A DNA stretch of 64,000 nt from Podarcis gaigeae. Taxonomy: Eukaryota. Numbering within the stretch: the first letter of the stretch is position 1; the number at the start of each line of letters is the position of its first letter. The notes below the pieces were generated by a model. The model did no database searches, was not told where the DNA came from, and worked only from the letters and a program-made list of their open reading frames with translations. Shown piece by piece: positions 12,251-24,201 of this stretch. Where the stretch lies: assembly GCA_964106915.2 (NCBI GenBank), contig OZ066916.1. One strand, 5' to 3'. The position numbers were made by a program, and so were the translations under genes.

Positions 12251-12677
12251 TGTTGTTGTTGTTGTTTAGTCGTTTAGTCGTGTCCGACTCTTTGTGGACC
12301 AGAGCACGCCGGGCACTCCTGTCTTCCACTGCCTCACACAGTTTGGTCAAACTCATGCTGGTAGCTTCGAGAACACTGTCCAACCATCTCATCCTCCGGC
12401 GTCCCCTTCTCCTTGTGCCCTCAATCTTTCCCAACATCAGGGTCTTTTCCAGGAAGTCTTCTCTTCTCATGAGGTGGCCAAAGGATTGGAGCCTCAGCTT
12501 CACGATCTGTCCTTCCAGTGAGCACTCAGGGCTGATTTCCTTAAGAATGGAGAGGTCTGATCTTCTTGCAGTCCATGGGACTCTCAAGAGTCCCTTCCAA
12601 CACCATAATTCACAAGCATCAATTCTTTGGCGATCAGCCTTTATGGTCCAGCTCTCACTTCCATACATCACTACTGG
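12251..12677 (-). mobile_element. BovB (RTE-clade) LINE, 5'-truncated 3' end
   Basis: ORF 12246..12671 YGSESWTIKADRQRIDACELWCWKGLLRVPWTARRS...EKTLMLGKIEGTRRRGRRRMRWLD is the characteristic BovB ORF C-terminus; (CAA)n tail; possible CTAAT TSD. Confidence 0.92.
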
Positions 12678-13363
12678 CTAATATCGAACCCAATAAGGAT
12701 TTTAAAGCTAAAATCACCAAACTTACAGAATGGCATTTGCCAGCCTGGTAGTCTCATAGCCATGCAGGGGATTTTTTTTTTATTTGTGGGGGAGGGGGGA
12801 ATGAGGATCATGTCTGGGGATGGGAATGGATAACCACCCTCTCCCCATGTGCTACAGTCTCAATAACAATCCCTCTTCCCACACCTGCAATTAAATAAAG
12901 ATGAAAACCAGCTGCATGGTATACACCTTGTATAGTTAGCTTAAGAGGAGTTATCACAGAGGTGTACAAAATTATGCATGGTAGACAATTTTTTCTTTCT
13001 CATAACAGAAGAACTTGCTGTTTATAATTTTATAAAGTTCAGAGACAAAACTGTCTTGCAATTCTTAAACTTGATGTTTAACTTGATCAGTTGATTTTCA
13101 TATTTCTGGGTGGTTAGAGAACTGCAGGAGATGATTCTGACTCCAAAACAACCAAGTTATCAGTGTCATAGTAGCACTGCTCTGGGTGAAGAGATGCAGC
13201 AGCAAATATAATTCTGAGTGGAAATATAGCCAAACAAATTGTACAAATCAGGTAGTCAGACTGAGTCATCACATGCAGCCAACTTACTCTTGAGGTTCAG
13301 AATAACATAATAAGAATGTTTGCACGTATAAAAGAATCAACCTTAAGAAATCAGATTCTGAAT

Positions 13364-13397
<34 letters not shown>

Positions 13398-13405
13398 CGT
13401 GTGCA
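13364..13405. repeat. (TG)n/(CG)n alternating purine-pyrimidine tract
   Basis: Directly visible; Z-DNA-prone composition. Confidence 0.9.
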
Positions 13406-14599
13406 GGAGTCTTGCAAACAGAAATTAAAATTATATATCACTTTTATTCCTCTTTTTTGCCATGCATGTCAAATCAGCAAATCAAGTAATGTTTACAGTG
13501 CTTCAGTTCTATAATTTAATGAAAGTCCTTGAGAATATCGCATAAAGACTGGCATATTCTTTGGTTTCTTAATTCCATCTAGACCTTTCCTATGCACATA
13601 CAGTGCATTTGGAGGAGCTTTGGGATCTGTCTTAGAGGGGAAAAAGGAATAAATATTCCATAAGTGAATTTTTGCTATGAAACTCATCCAAGTGATTAAT
13701 CAAAATGATATGCCGAGACTCCCTGTTTATGGCTTCATATTTCAAGGGACAGAGTTAAATATCATGAAACAGTTTAGCATCTTGGCTACCAAACACAAAA
13801 ATGACAGGCAGCTGCATCTGAATTATATTGCAGATGCACTTGTAAAGGTCAGAGAAACCTGGTGACATTTGGAGATACATATTTACTGGAGACTATTTCC
13901 TTTGATACAAAACTAACATGTGTCCAGATTGAAAAACCTATTTGTTGTCTTATGCCACGATATAGGGGTTTCAGAAGGTGCAGATTCATCTCTCTCTCTC
14001 TCTCTCTTTTCTTATTTGTAGACAATATAGCATTTCTATAGATGCTATGAACAGGTTGTTAGCAAAATGTATTCTTCAAATTATTGGATTTTTCTGGGAA
14101 AGTGTGTATCTACAATAAAAGGGGAAAAACCTGTTGGTACTAACAACCCCACATGGATGCTTTGAAAAATGTGCATGTGTGAAGAGCACCCATCCCACAA
14201 TAAACATCTGCCTGGAAACATCCTCCTGTGACAAGCCCTCAGTCTTCTTTGTGTACCACAAAGTCTTGGTTTAGTAGCCGTATATCTATGTAAGAGAAGA
14301 ACTGTATGTTGGGTATATGCAGTACAGTATACAATCACAGGGATTTATGGAGTAGAAAGATGTGAATACTGTGAAGAACCCCTTAGGTGAGATGCATCTC
14401 CTATGCACAGAAACACTTTCTGGTACCTTGTCAGGTGTACCTCACTGGAGGCTGGGGAACTATTGCCAAGGATGGGCAGATTTTGTCCCTACAGTGAGTG
14501 CCCTGGAGTGTGATACTTCTTCCCCGTAAGAGTTATTGACAGATAACTAAAATGGGATAAATGTGTGAAATCCGGAACAACCAGGCCAGTATTATTGTA

Positions 14600-14815
14600 A
14601 GGAAGTAAGAAGAGCCTTGCTGCATCAGGCCAATAGCCCACCTAGTCCAGCAACCTGTTCTCACAAAGGTCGACCAGTTGTCAGTGGGAAGCCTGCCAGG
14701 AGGAACTGAGTTCAACAGCAATCTCCCCACTTGCAAATCACAACAACTGGTATTCAGAGGCACACGGCCTTCAGCTATGGCAGCAGAACACAGCCATTGT
14801 AACTAGTAGCCACTG
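14600..14815 (-). mobile_element. CR1-type 3' terminal fragment
   Basis: aagtaagaagagccttgctgcatcaggccaatagcccacctagtccagc..., same family as 3390-3500. Confidence 0.6.
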
Positions 14816-15599
14816 GTGTCCACCAGCTTTGAGTGTGCCATTTCAAAAGATGCCTTTTTGCTGCCAAAAAATTATGACATGGTAAGAATGATTCAAGGAA
14901 TACAGATGAGAGTCGCATCATCTGCTGTCAACCACTGCTCACCTTTTTATGATCGAACAGATAGCCTGATCCCTCCCTTACCATTTATCACATATTACTG
15001 GAAGTTACTGAAGCAAAACCTTATTTAATAAGGTGGAAGCACTACTGAAAACATTTTCTTATAGGGAAGATAAATCCATGGGAGAATACACACCACTTTA
15101 GGTCAATTTCCAGTTATTGGTTTGGCTATGGCAGTCATGTTTATAGGACATAAAGCCACTTTTTCAGTATACAAAGATCTATGCAACGATCATCATGCAC
15201 AGAGTCAAGGGCAACTATAGCATCATCTAGATTTTTCCCCTCAAGTGGAGATTGAACTGCACCTGTCAAACTCTGATCGTCATACGGTTGGACATCACAT
15301 ATTTATTGTGATTTGACACCTTGTAAGCAACTCCCCCTCCCACAGTCCCCCGTGATGTGATGTGGTGGGTGCTGTTGTGACACCTTGATGTCCTGGCATC
15401 ACATGTGTGAGCATCGTGCCGCCCTTCCTAAGCCGGATAGAAGCTTCCTTGCCTTTGGGAAGGAGGTGCCATACTTTAATACTCTAATTGATCAGGAACA
15501 TTTAGGGGACAAGCCTAAATATGTGCCTGGCCTAGAGAACCAAGAAACACTTCCAGGCACTTCCCACTACAGTACTTCCTAAATAGCATTGAGCCCATT

Positions 15600-16800
15600 T
15601 TCCTGCCCTTGCCCTCGGGGTCGTGTCCTTTGGCCTACATAGCTACGAATAATCCAACCAATATTTCGGCTGTTATTGACCGGCTAGCACCACCTTGCTT
15701 TCGGCGGCTCCAAACTGCCTTGCCTTTAGCCCCAATCCTGTAAGGCCACGGGCCCCAGGGAGCGCCCCAAAGCAACCGCCCGAAGCAACTCATCCCGCGC
15801 CACTTTGCGAACAAAAGCGCAACAGGCAAGGCGCATTGGGGCGCAGGGGGCTTTCTTTTTTGGGTGCGTGTGATCTGGCTTCTACGTTCCCGATTCCGAG
15901 TGTAGATCGGGGAGGGTTGGCCGAGCAGGTGGCGAGAGCGCGGCATGATGCGGGGCGGCTGGTGGGGCTGGGCTCTTCTTGGGAAAACGCCCCTCCTCCC
16001 CGCGCCCTTCCTTCAGCTTCCTCCTCCCGGCCAACAAAACCGAAGACTAGCGAGCGAGAGGAAGGGTCGTGCTGGGTAATAACAATGCGCGCGCGGGGGG
16101 CGGGGGCTGCATCGGGAGCCACTTGCCGCCGCGGCGACGGCAGCAGCAGCAGCAGCGACGGCTGCCGCCCAGGGAGCCTTGATTGACGTCGACCTGCTCG
16201 CGAAGCGGCGCATCGAGCGCCAGGCAGAGCCAAACAGCCGCCGAAGCCACCGGCTGGCTCGCGCCAGAGGAGCACAAAGAGGCGGCAGCTCCATCTTTCC
16301 CAGCGGCAGCGAATCGGCCCCTCCGAAGAGGATCGCCGCCCGCCTCCGCGCCCTGTCTGCGGCCAGACGGCGCCGGCATCTGGGCAGGAGGGCGAGGAGG
16401 AGCAGGAGACCCACATGGGCATGTCCTTGGCTCGTCTGACCGCGCTTCTCGCCGCTGCTTCCCATCGCAGGGAGCTGCCGTAGCTGATGGATGCCGGAAG
16501 GTGCCGCATTGCCTTGTGCGGCTTTGCAGCCTGCTTTGCTGGTGCGGATTACTTGGCTGTTCCCTTTTCGCCCCGGATGCCTTTCTCCTGGCGGATGGCT
16601 GTTCTGTTGCGAGGCGACTGAATCCTCTCTTGTCCTGCGACTCTGTCTGTCCTCGCGGGGAGCGGGGCGGGTGGTGGGGAGGAAAGGACCTGGAGGATAT
16701 TTTTACCCCCTGCCTGAGAAAACCTGGGAGCGAACGAGAGGGACATGCGACAGTCTTGCTGGTAGTGGATGAGATCACTGTGTACGTAGGAGGGGAACTG
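15600..16800 (+). promoter_or_regulatory. CpG island: CLVS2 promoter and probable non-coding first exon
   Basis: Sharp rise in GC and CpG content ~1-2 kb upstream of the ATG exon; GC box GGGGGCGGGGG at ~16096-16106, SOX-like AACAATG at 16081-16087, overlapping TGATTGAC/TGACGTC at 16180-16190, short (GCA)n run at ~16140-16156. Exact TSS and exon-1 donor cannot be fixed from sequence. Confidence 0.85.
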
Positions 16801-17255
16801 GGGTGGGTGGGGGGAGGGCGAATCCAACCCAAGCTCCATGGGCTAAAAGGGGTGGGGTGGGGGTGCAAATAAGAACCTCGGGTTTTTATTTTTATTTTTT
16901 TAAAGAAGCACCCTTCAGCAGACCAGTTGCATGCCCTTAGCACCCTGTCACGCACTGACTTCTAAATCCACGAGGATCTGAGTTTCTTAATTTGCGGGAG
17001 GGAGGAAGTCCCTGGTGGAAACATTGCATTGCCGCCTGATTTATTGATACAGCTCTTCTTGCTATCTCCATTGCACCAGTACCAAGGGTGAGATCACTGG
17101 TTTGCACAGAGGAGTGAGGTGGGAATATCTGAAGACAGTGGTGGTGGGGGGAGGGGGAGGAGAGAGATATCCAGTACTGATCGCCCCCAGCTTGGGGAAA
17201 GTCACTGTACAGCGGCTGTTTGGCCTTCCTCTCTGCCATCATGTTGCTTTAACAG

Positions 17256-17813
17256 TACCTGCTGATCAGGGACTCTGGTGATCTAGCCAACATGACTAGT
17301 TAACCCAAAGGACAATATTGTGTGGGAGGGAGGCAGGGAGCACCATTGCCGGAGCCAGGCTATAAAGAATACCAGCTCCATCTACTTGGGCCGTGCCAAA
17401 GCCATTATTTCTGTCAATCAACAAGCAATTGCAGTGGAAGGATAGCAATTGGGGGTTCGGTTAGATGCAAGGTATAGTTATACTGCAGCTTTGAGCTGTT
17501 AGTGGGTGTGGGAAGGGTGGGAATTTGAGGGCAAGGAAGAAAAGCAGCAGCAGAGTGGAGTCACTGTGAACGGGCCACCGTGAGATGGAAAAGGGAAACA
17601 GGAGCTGAGCGGGTTGGGCACACTGGACGACATCAGGGTATTTGCTTCGCAGAGATTCATGCTGTGAGGCAAAGGGGCACCAAACTTGTCGGTTCTGGAA
17701 AGGGAAATAAGGAACTCCCCTCTCTCTTTTTTGGAAAGAAGAAGAACAGACTTTGTGGCATTAGGAGCTGTCTCCCTTTTTTACTTAAGAGGAGTATTGG
17801 ACGGAGTGGCACA
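17256..17813 (+). other. CLVS2: Probable 5'UTR portion of the ATG-containing exon
   Basis: Pyrimidine-rich acceptor ccttcctctctgccatcatgttgctttaacag ending at 17255; contains four short uORFs. Confidence 0.55.
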
Positions 17814-18202
17814 ATGACTCATTTGCAGGCAGGCCTATCCCCAAAGACGCTGGAGAAAGCCCGGCTGGAACTGAACGAAAACCCGGACACCCTGCACCAG
17901 GACATCCAGGAGGTGCGGGACATGGTCATCACCCGGCCAGACATTGGCTTTCTCCGCACGGACGACGCCTTCATTCTCCGCTTCCTTCGGGCCAGGAAGT
18001 TCCAGCATTTTGAGGCGTTTCGCTTGTTGGCCCAGTACTTTGAGTACCGCCAGCAGAACCTCGATATGTTCAAGAGCTTCAAAGCCACAGACCCAGGCAT
18101 CAAGCAGGCACTCAAGGATGGCTTCCCAGGAGGACTGGCTAACCTTGATCACTACGGCAGGAAGATCCTGGTTCTGTTTGCTGCCAACTGGGACCAAAGC
18201 AG
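17814..18202 (+). CDS. CLVS2: Clavesin-2, first coding exon (aa 1-130; CRAL-TRIO N-terminal region)
   Basis: ATG at 17814 reads [63 protein letters not shown]...ANWDQSR, matching clavesin-2 as I recall it; donor AG|GTAAAC at 18202/18203; 389 coding nt, phase 2. Confidence 0.98.
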
Positions 18203-21200
18203 GTAAACATAAGAGTTTGGGTTGTGGGTAGCTGGGGTCAGATGAGACACTCGCCTGAATTTACCATCATGCTGCAATCATCATAGCAAACTGAAATCCT
18301 GTTTGGCCCCAGTGATGAAATGATGTTAATATTCCTTTCCCAGCCAGCAGAATGCCAGGTGTAAGGCATCTTGTTTTGTCCTGAGTTCTCCATGTGGCAA
18401 ATTGCAATTTTGATGATCTGATCCAGATGTCCTGCCATAGTGGGGTGGTTTGACAGGTATCCTTCAAATTCTTTCCAAATGCAGAGCTCAGAGACAGGGA
18501 GAACCAACATTCTTAGGTTCACATTTGCATTGGGCCAGGTTGGGCCATAAAATGTAGGAGAGGGGAACAGATGAATGGAAACTTGTTCTTTTTGTTGGGA
18601 TACTGTGGATCTTGGATCCTTCACTTGGAGGGCTGTCGGCTAAGGCATTGTAGAGATCATGCTCAGTAGGGGAAGAGGGATGGTCTTGATATACCACCTT
18701 TAATATCTTTCTGTGACAAGAGCTGTGATGCCTGTAAAGGAGCAAAAGTGTTGGTCGTTTGTCCTGTCACTGACATATTTATCCAATGCAGTTTTGCCTG
18801 CTGTGAAATAAGCAGTCAGCTGGGACACAAACAGAGGATGACGTTCAGGAGTGCTCATTTGCATGTCAACCATAGTCTCCCAGGTCCTGGTCCTACACTA
18901 TTCAACCCATAATTACTCAGAATTTGCCCCAGTTTGGAGGTAATTTTTATAGTGTTTCCCCCGGTCATCTCCCATGTTGTAGCAGCAAAGCCTGAACTTC
19001 TGCATCAACATGGGTTGCCCAGAAGATAGAGGTACTTCCTAAGACAACATGCCACTTCTCTTGGTGTCTGCATGGTGGAAATTACCCATTGTGATATATA
19101 ATTTCAGATGATACCAATGAAATGTGGGAGCCAATCATAGTGGGACAGAAAATTTGAACTCTGACTTGTTAATTCTACCACTTTGGTTCAGTGGAAGTTG
19201 ATGGAACTCAGCTGAGATAAGTGCTGCACACATGCTGATTAAGCATTCTGTCACAATGCTACTGAGCCCACAAGGAGCACCCTATGCACTTGATCCAACC
19301 CTCTTGCAGGTACCTTGGAAAAGCAAGGACTTTATCTCGGAGGCAAACTCCATGACTCCTGCCAGTAAATCTATTTATCCTAAAATTTATCAGATGCCTT
19401 TCCAGGCAATAAACATCAGTTGCTTAAAATGTAGTGAAATGATAATGCAAATGCAAAAGCAGAGTAGTCCTAAAAATATCTTGTAGCAGGAAATTGAATA
19501 TTCATCCCTAAAGAAATGCCTTTATTCTCATAAAGTCCTGCAAGGCTCCATCAAGTCTCCAGAGCATGCAGACTTCCTGGCCCAAGCTGGTCCCAGTTTC
19601 CATTGTCTGGTGTGTGTGAACACAGGCAAGGGACCAGCCTGGTTTAAACCACTGGAATCTCTGATGTGCTGGGGATGGATATGCTTTAGGGCAATGATGG
19701 GGAATCTGTGACCCTCTAAATGTTGCTGTACTAAACTCCCATCATCCCTGACAAGTGGCCACGCTGTTTTGGGTTGATAGACACTGGAGTCAAACAACAT
19801 CTGTAGGTTCACAGGTTTGCCACTCCTCCTCTACAGTTAAAAGGGGATTGGCTATCAGGTCTAGCAAAGGCCTTTGCTCAAGGTTTTGGAGGGCAGGAAT
19901 TACTAGGCATAAACAACCTTGAGTTACATGTTCTGTGCTGCGATTGTTCTCATTTGCTCATTCTCTCATGTATATATTGAATGGATGGAGAATGGAACAG
20001 AGTTCGTGTTTGGCTCCATCTTCAACAGGAACAGTAAAACAACAAAATAGGCCTTATTATGGCATAGGTTTTCATTGACAACAGCTGTATTAATCAGATG
20101 CAGGAACTGAACTGAGACGGTAGGAGGCATGAGGTGAAGTGTAGTAGAAAATAAATCATACTAACCTAGTTCTGAATTTTCATTCAAACCCTTCCATTTA
20201 TCAAACTAATACATGTAATACAAATGATTGTACATAGAGCAGAGTGAACAATACATATCTTGTCAAAATGACAGCAGAAACAGAAACACAAGGAAGCCAT
20301 ATTTGCTTATAAGCACTTACACTTTGGGGGGGGGGGGAGGCAGTTACACCCAGGAGTTGATGTTAAACACTGCCACCATCACAAGGTGATGGTGGGGGGG
20401 GGTTTAATTAAAAAGGTAAAGATGACATCATCAGGATGCTGGATTCTGTAGTGTCAGTTTTGAGCTTTTCCTGCAATTGCACATAACCATGAAATAGGCA
20501 CAGCCCTGGTTAATACCTGCTGAAGCATAATTTGTAAATTAAGCCTTTCCAAAAGGAAATTCTACTCTGTGAATAGTTTATCATTTATGCTGGTACAACC
20601 CCATGCTGTATCAGTGTGAAAATAACAATAGCACAGTCCTATATATCTTTGCTCAGAAGGAAGCCCATTTTGTGCATGTTGGGGATTATTCTCAGGTAAG
20701 TGTGCATGAGACTGCAGCCTCAGTATGTGCATTTACTTTTAAATATGTTTTGAGAGTTGGCAATGGTAAGAGTTAATTTTGCTTATAGCACACAAGTGCT
20801 ACAACTACTTTACAGATGCGTAATTGGGTCTCTTTTCTTAAGGCATACAACATTTTAGAAATGGGATAAACAGTGGTTTTCTAACAGCATGCATAAATAG
20901 GGGGCATTAAGCACAGTTAAATTAATCATGGATCTCAGATTATCTTTAGAAATTAGTTATACACTACTGAGTACATAAATGTGACCCATGAGACACTATA
21001 AGAAAACTAAGTTTCAGTGAAAGCAGCTGGATATAAAACAGAATTTAATTTACTGGCATGCTAATGCAAATTTTCTCTATGTTACTGAAAGGCAATAGTT
21101 CCTAACTTGCTTTTTCAGCTCTTGACATCATTTGCTATTTATCTGAGAAAACTTGAAGATGGAGAAGGAAGAGGTTACTCTTACTTAAATTGCGTCTAAT

Positions 21201-22317
21201 TTTGACTTACAGACACCCTACAGTGGCCTTTAGGAAATTACACAAACAATTCATATGTGGCAACATACATACTGCTTACTTTTAATCACTTGATAAGTCA
21301 TTGAAATGGATTGGGTAAATATTTTATAGGCACTCCCAAAGTCAGCAAGTTTGATTTAGCTGTGAAACAAACTCTGGGGCTGGGGGATCCTGAAGCATAT
21401 TCTCCAAACTCAGTTTGTACACAGAAATCTTAATGCATGTTGACCCAGTCCTGCCTGCTCCACAAACAGTCCTCTCATGGATAGTTTTTGATGTGGTGGT
21501 AGTTGTAAAAGCACTACATTTCCTTCAAAGAGATTTACAGGATTGCAAATTTAAGTGTCCCTCAGCACAGAGCACTTGGGAATTTTTCAGAATTCAAACT
21601 CTGAAATGTTGGCAAATTTCAAATTTGAGCAAAACTTCATTTCAGCTCTACTTCAAACATAACATTTAAGTCCTTAAGGTCTATTTCAGAATGGAGCATG
21701 TGTTGTGTTTCATCACTCAGGAGAATACGTTAATGTAATCTGTCACGAGCCTGTGATGGAACTTCAAGTTTACATTCATCCGCCTTACTGTGCTGTCAAC
21801 ATAAATAACGATAAGGATGAGGTGAAATGTTGGATATTGCAAGTCTAGGGTGAATTTATGCAAATAGTTCCTTCTGTGGGAAGACTTCAATGCAGATGTC
21901 TTTCATCATAATTTGCTTGATGCTGCCGCTTTGAAAACAAAAGCTTACAATTTGTGATTCCTACAATGTATCATGGGGCTAATGGTTGGGATGTCTTAAC
22001 CAAGTCTGGAATCAAGACCTGGTATCCTAACACCAGTTGCTGGGTTTGTTGGCTGCCATTTACACTTCCCAGGACATTCTGGACTAACATTATGTTGTGC
22101 ACTTCGCAGCATTGCTAGAAATTTAAATGCCAGCTCTCAACCATCCTTGCGACTGCCCATCCATTTTCAGATATGCCTGAGGGATCCAGCAACATGAGAA
22201 GGGAGACACAGAGGGCATTTTGCTCATGCCTCTTCAAACCTAGCTTTGGCCCTGGTTTATCACTGAGCTATTTTTTTTTAATAAAAAAATTGCTGCCTTA
22301 AATTGTGTCCTGTAGTG

Positions 22318-22453
22318 CAGTGTTTCCCAACCTTGTGCCTCCAGATGTTTTTGGCCTACAACTCCCATCATCCCTAGCTAGCAAGACCAGTGGTCAGGGA
22401 TGATGGGAGTTGTAGGCCAAAAACATCTGGAGGCACAAGGTTGGGAAACACTG
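22318..22453. mobile_element. Palindromic hAT MITE, very young
   Basis: Perfect 58-bp inverted arms, 20-nt loop, perfect 8-bp TSD CTGTAGTG; degenerate relatives at ~775-870, 11960-12080, 19690-19830, 22955-23080, 28040-28110, 35055-35175, 41075-41135, 47920-47985, 50935-51066 and 51305-51450. Confidence 0.93.
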
Positions 22454-22827
22454 CTGTAGTGGATATTATTATTCATCAGTGGTGGTGCAAAATGAAGCTT
22501 CCTTATCTCAATGCCATGTAAGGCAAGGAGAAGGCCACTTAAGAAAACCAAGGTATCCCATGGAGATTGCATATTGACTGCTATTTTTAAGTACTTTTAA
22601 TAGGTCTTTCTGGATGAACAGGTTCTTTAAATGCTCTGTTCTTTTTAAAGCTAATGGCTGCAAACCTGAAAACAGTTACGCTTCAAGAATCCAATTGACT
22701 TCCATGAGTTTTAAGCAACTCAACAGGGAGCAGGACTGCAGCCAGTATTGCTACTCTCTCTTGCTAGCTAGCTAATGAAAATTCCACAGTAGGTAAATCA
22801 TGGAGAGGCATAGAGAAACATACTGAA

Positions 22828-23372
22828 GGAACATAGCTCAGTGGTAGCGCATACACTTTGCATGCAAATAATTCCAGATTCAATTCCTGGCATCTCCAAG
22901 TAGGTTGGGAAAGATTACTCCCCCAAATCCTTGAGAGCCACTGCCAGTCAGTATGGACGAGAAAGGGATGGGAAACCTCTGGATATTGTTTGCACCATCC
23001 CTGATAGTTGGCCAGCTAGCTGTGGCTGGTGGGAGTGAAGTCCAATTGCATCCGGGGGGCCCTGGTTTCCAGACCCTTGAACCTAGTACAGTGGTACCTC
23101 GGGTTACATATGCTTCAGGTTACATACGCTTCAGGTTACAGAGTCTGCTAACCCAGGAATATTGCTTCAGGTTAAGAACTTTGCTTCAGGATTGGAACAG
23201 AAATCGTGCAGCAGCGGCGCGGCGGCAGCAGGAGGCCTCATTAGCTACAGTGGTGCTTCAGGTTAAGAACAGTTTCAGGTTAAGAACGGAATGAATTAAG
23301 TACTTAACCTGAGGTACCACTGTACTAAGCTAGGCCAATGGTCTGACTAGGTGTAAACACCTTCCTATGTGG
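22828..23372 (+). mobile_element. tRNA-derived SINE (Squam3-like) split by nested hAT and Tigger MITEs
   Basis: Head ATAGCTCAGTGGTAGCGCATACACTTTGCATGC...TTCAATTCCTGGCATCTCC to ~22952; tail GGCCAATGGTCTGACT...CTTCCTATGT resumes after 23324. Confidence 0.7.
23089..23322. mobile_element. Tigger-type MITE, family A copy 2
   Basis: Same TIRs, TA TSD, 234 bp. Confidence 0.9.
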
Positions 23373-23792
23373 ATGAGGCTCAGTGAGCCTGAACAAAGTG
23401 CTGGGCTTGCAGACTCTCCCCTCTCTTCCCCCTCTGCCTCCTCTGAAACTAGAGTAAGGAATTATGCTAAGTTTAGTTTCATATTTAAACATTCTTGCCT
23501 TAGTGTTATGTACCAGCCAGGAATCCTAATTTAAAATACAGTGTATTCTAGCCAGTTTACAAGAAGCCAACTTCAAAGCTTGGGCTATTATTAAGCTAGG
23601 CAAAGTTTGTTGCAAGCCAAGTAAAACTAAGATCAGACTCTTTAAAACTGAAACTATAAACTAGGAAGGGGGGGGTGGGAGTGTACAAACCTGACACTTC
23701 ACTCGGACTCATTGAGACTCAGCCACATAGTTTCATGTTTCATACAAATACTGTTGTGTTGCTGTGTCACCCCAGTCTTAAAGGTTTGTGTA

Positions 23793-24051
23793 CCGTATTT
23801 TTTGCTCTATAAGACTCACCTTTTCCCTCCTAAAAAGTAAGGGAAAATGTGTGTGCGTCTTATGGAGCGAATGCAGGCTGTGCAGCTATCCCAGAAGCCA
23901 GAACAGCAAGAGGGATTGCTGCTTCCACTGCACAGTGATCCCTCTTGCTGTTCTGGCTTCTGAAATTCAGAATATTTTTTTTCTTGTTTTCCTCCTCCAA
24001 AAACTAGGTGTGTCTTGTGGTCTGCTGCGTCTTATAGAGCAAAAAATACGG
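23793..24051. mobile_element. Tc1/mariner-superfamily (Tc2/pogo-like) MITE
   Basis: Perfect 23-bp TIRs CCGTATTTTTTGCTCTATAAGAC / GTCTTATAGAGCAAAAAATACGG, TA TSD; 150 bp upstream of the exon acceptor at 24201. Confidence 0.9.
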
Positions 24052-24201
24052 TATTTATCTGATCACATATAGTGAAACTGTGATTGCCATACTTTATCAT
24101 ATGCAAACTGGATACGTTGACAGCAGATTGGAAACAATATCTTTTCTTCTAGCATCGGAATATTGTTAGCTAGCTTAATACGATCTTGTCTTTGTTGACA
24201 G

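Noticed and set aside
16345-16370. Possible RE1/NRSE in the promoter (GCCCTGTCTGCGG)
   Set aside because: Only one half-site matches; the TCAGCACC half is absent
16493-16506. Candidate exon-1 donor GAAG|GTGCCG
   Set aside because: Weak match and no way to choose among several weak donors without transcript data
15635-16955. Multiple long overlapping ORFs (up to 302 aa) on both strands
   Set aside because: Expected from stop-codon scarcity in a GC-rich CpG island; low-complexity Arg/Ala/Gly/Ser/Pro products with no recognisable domain
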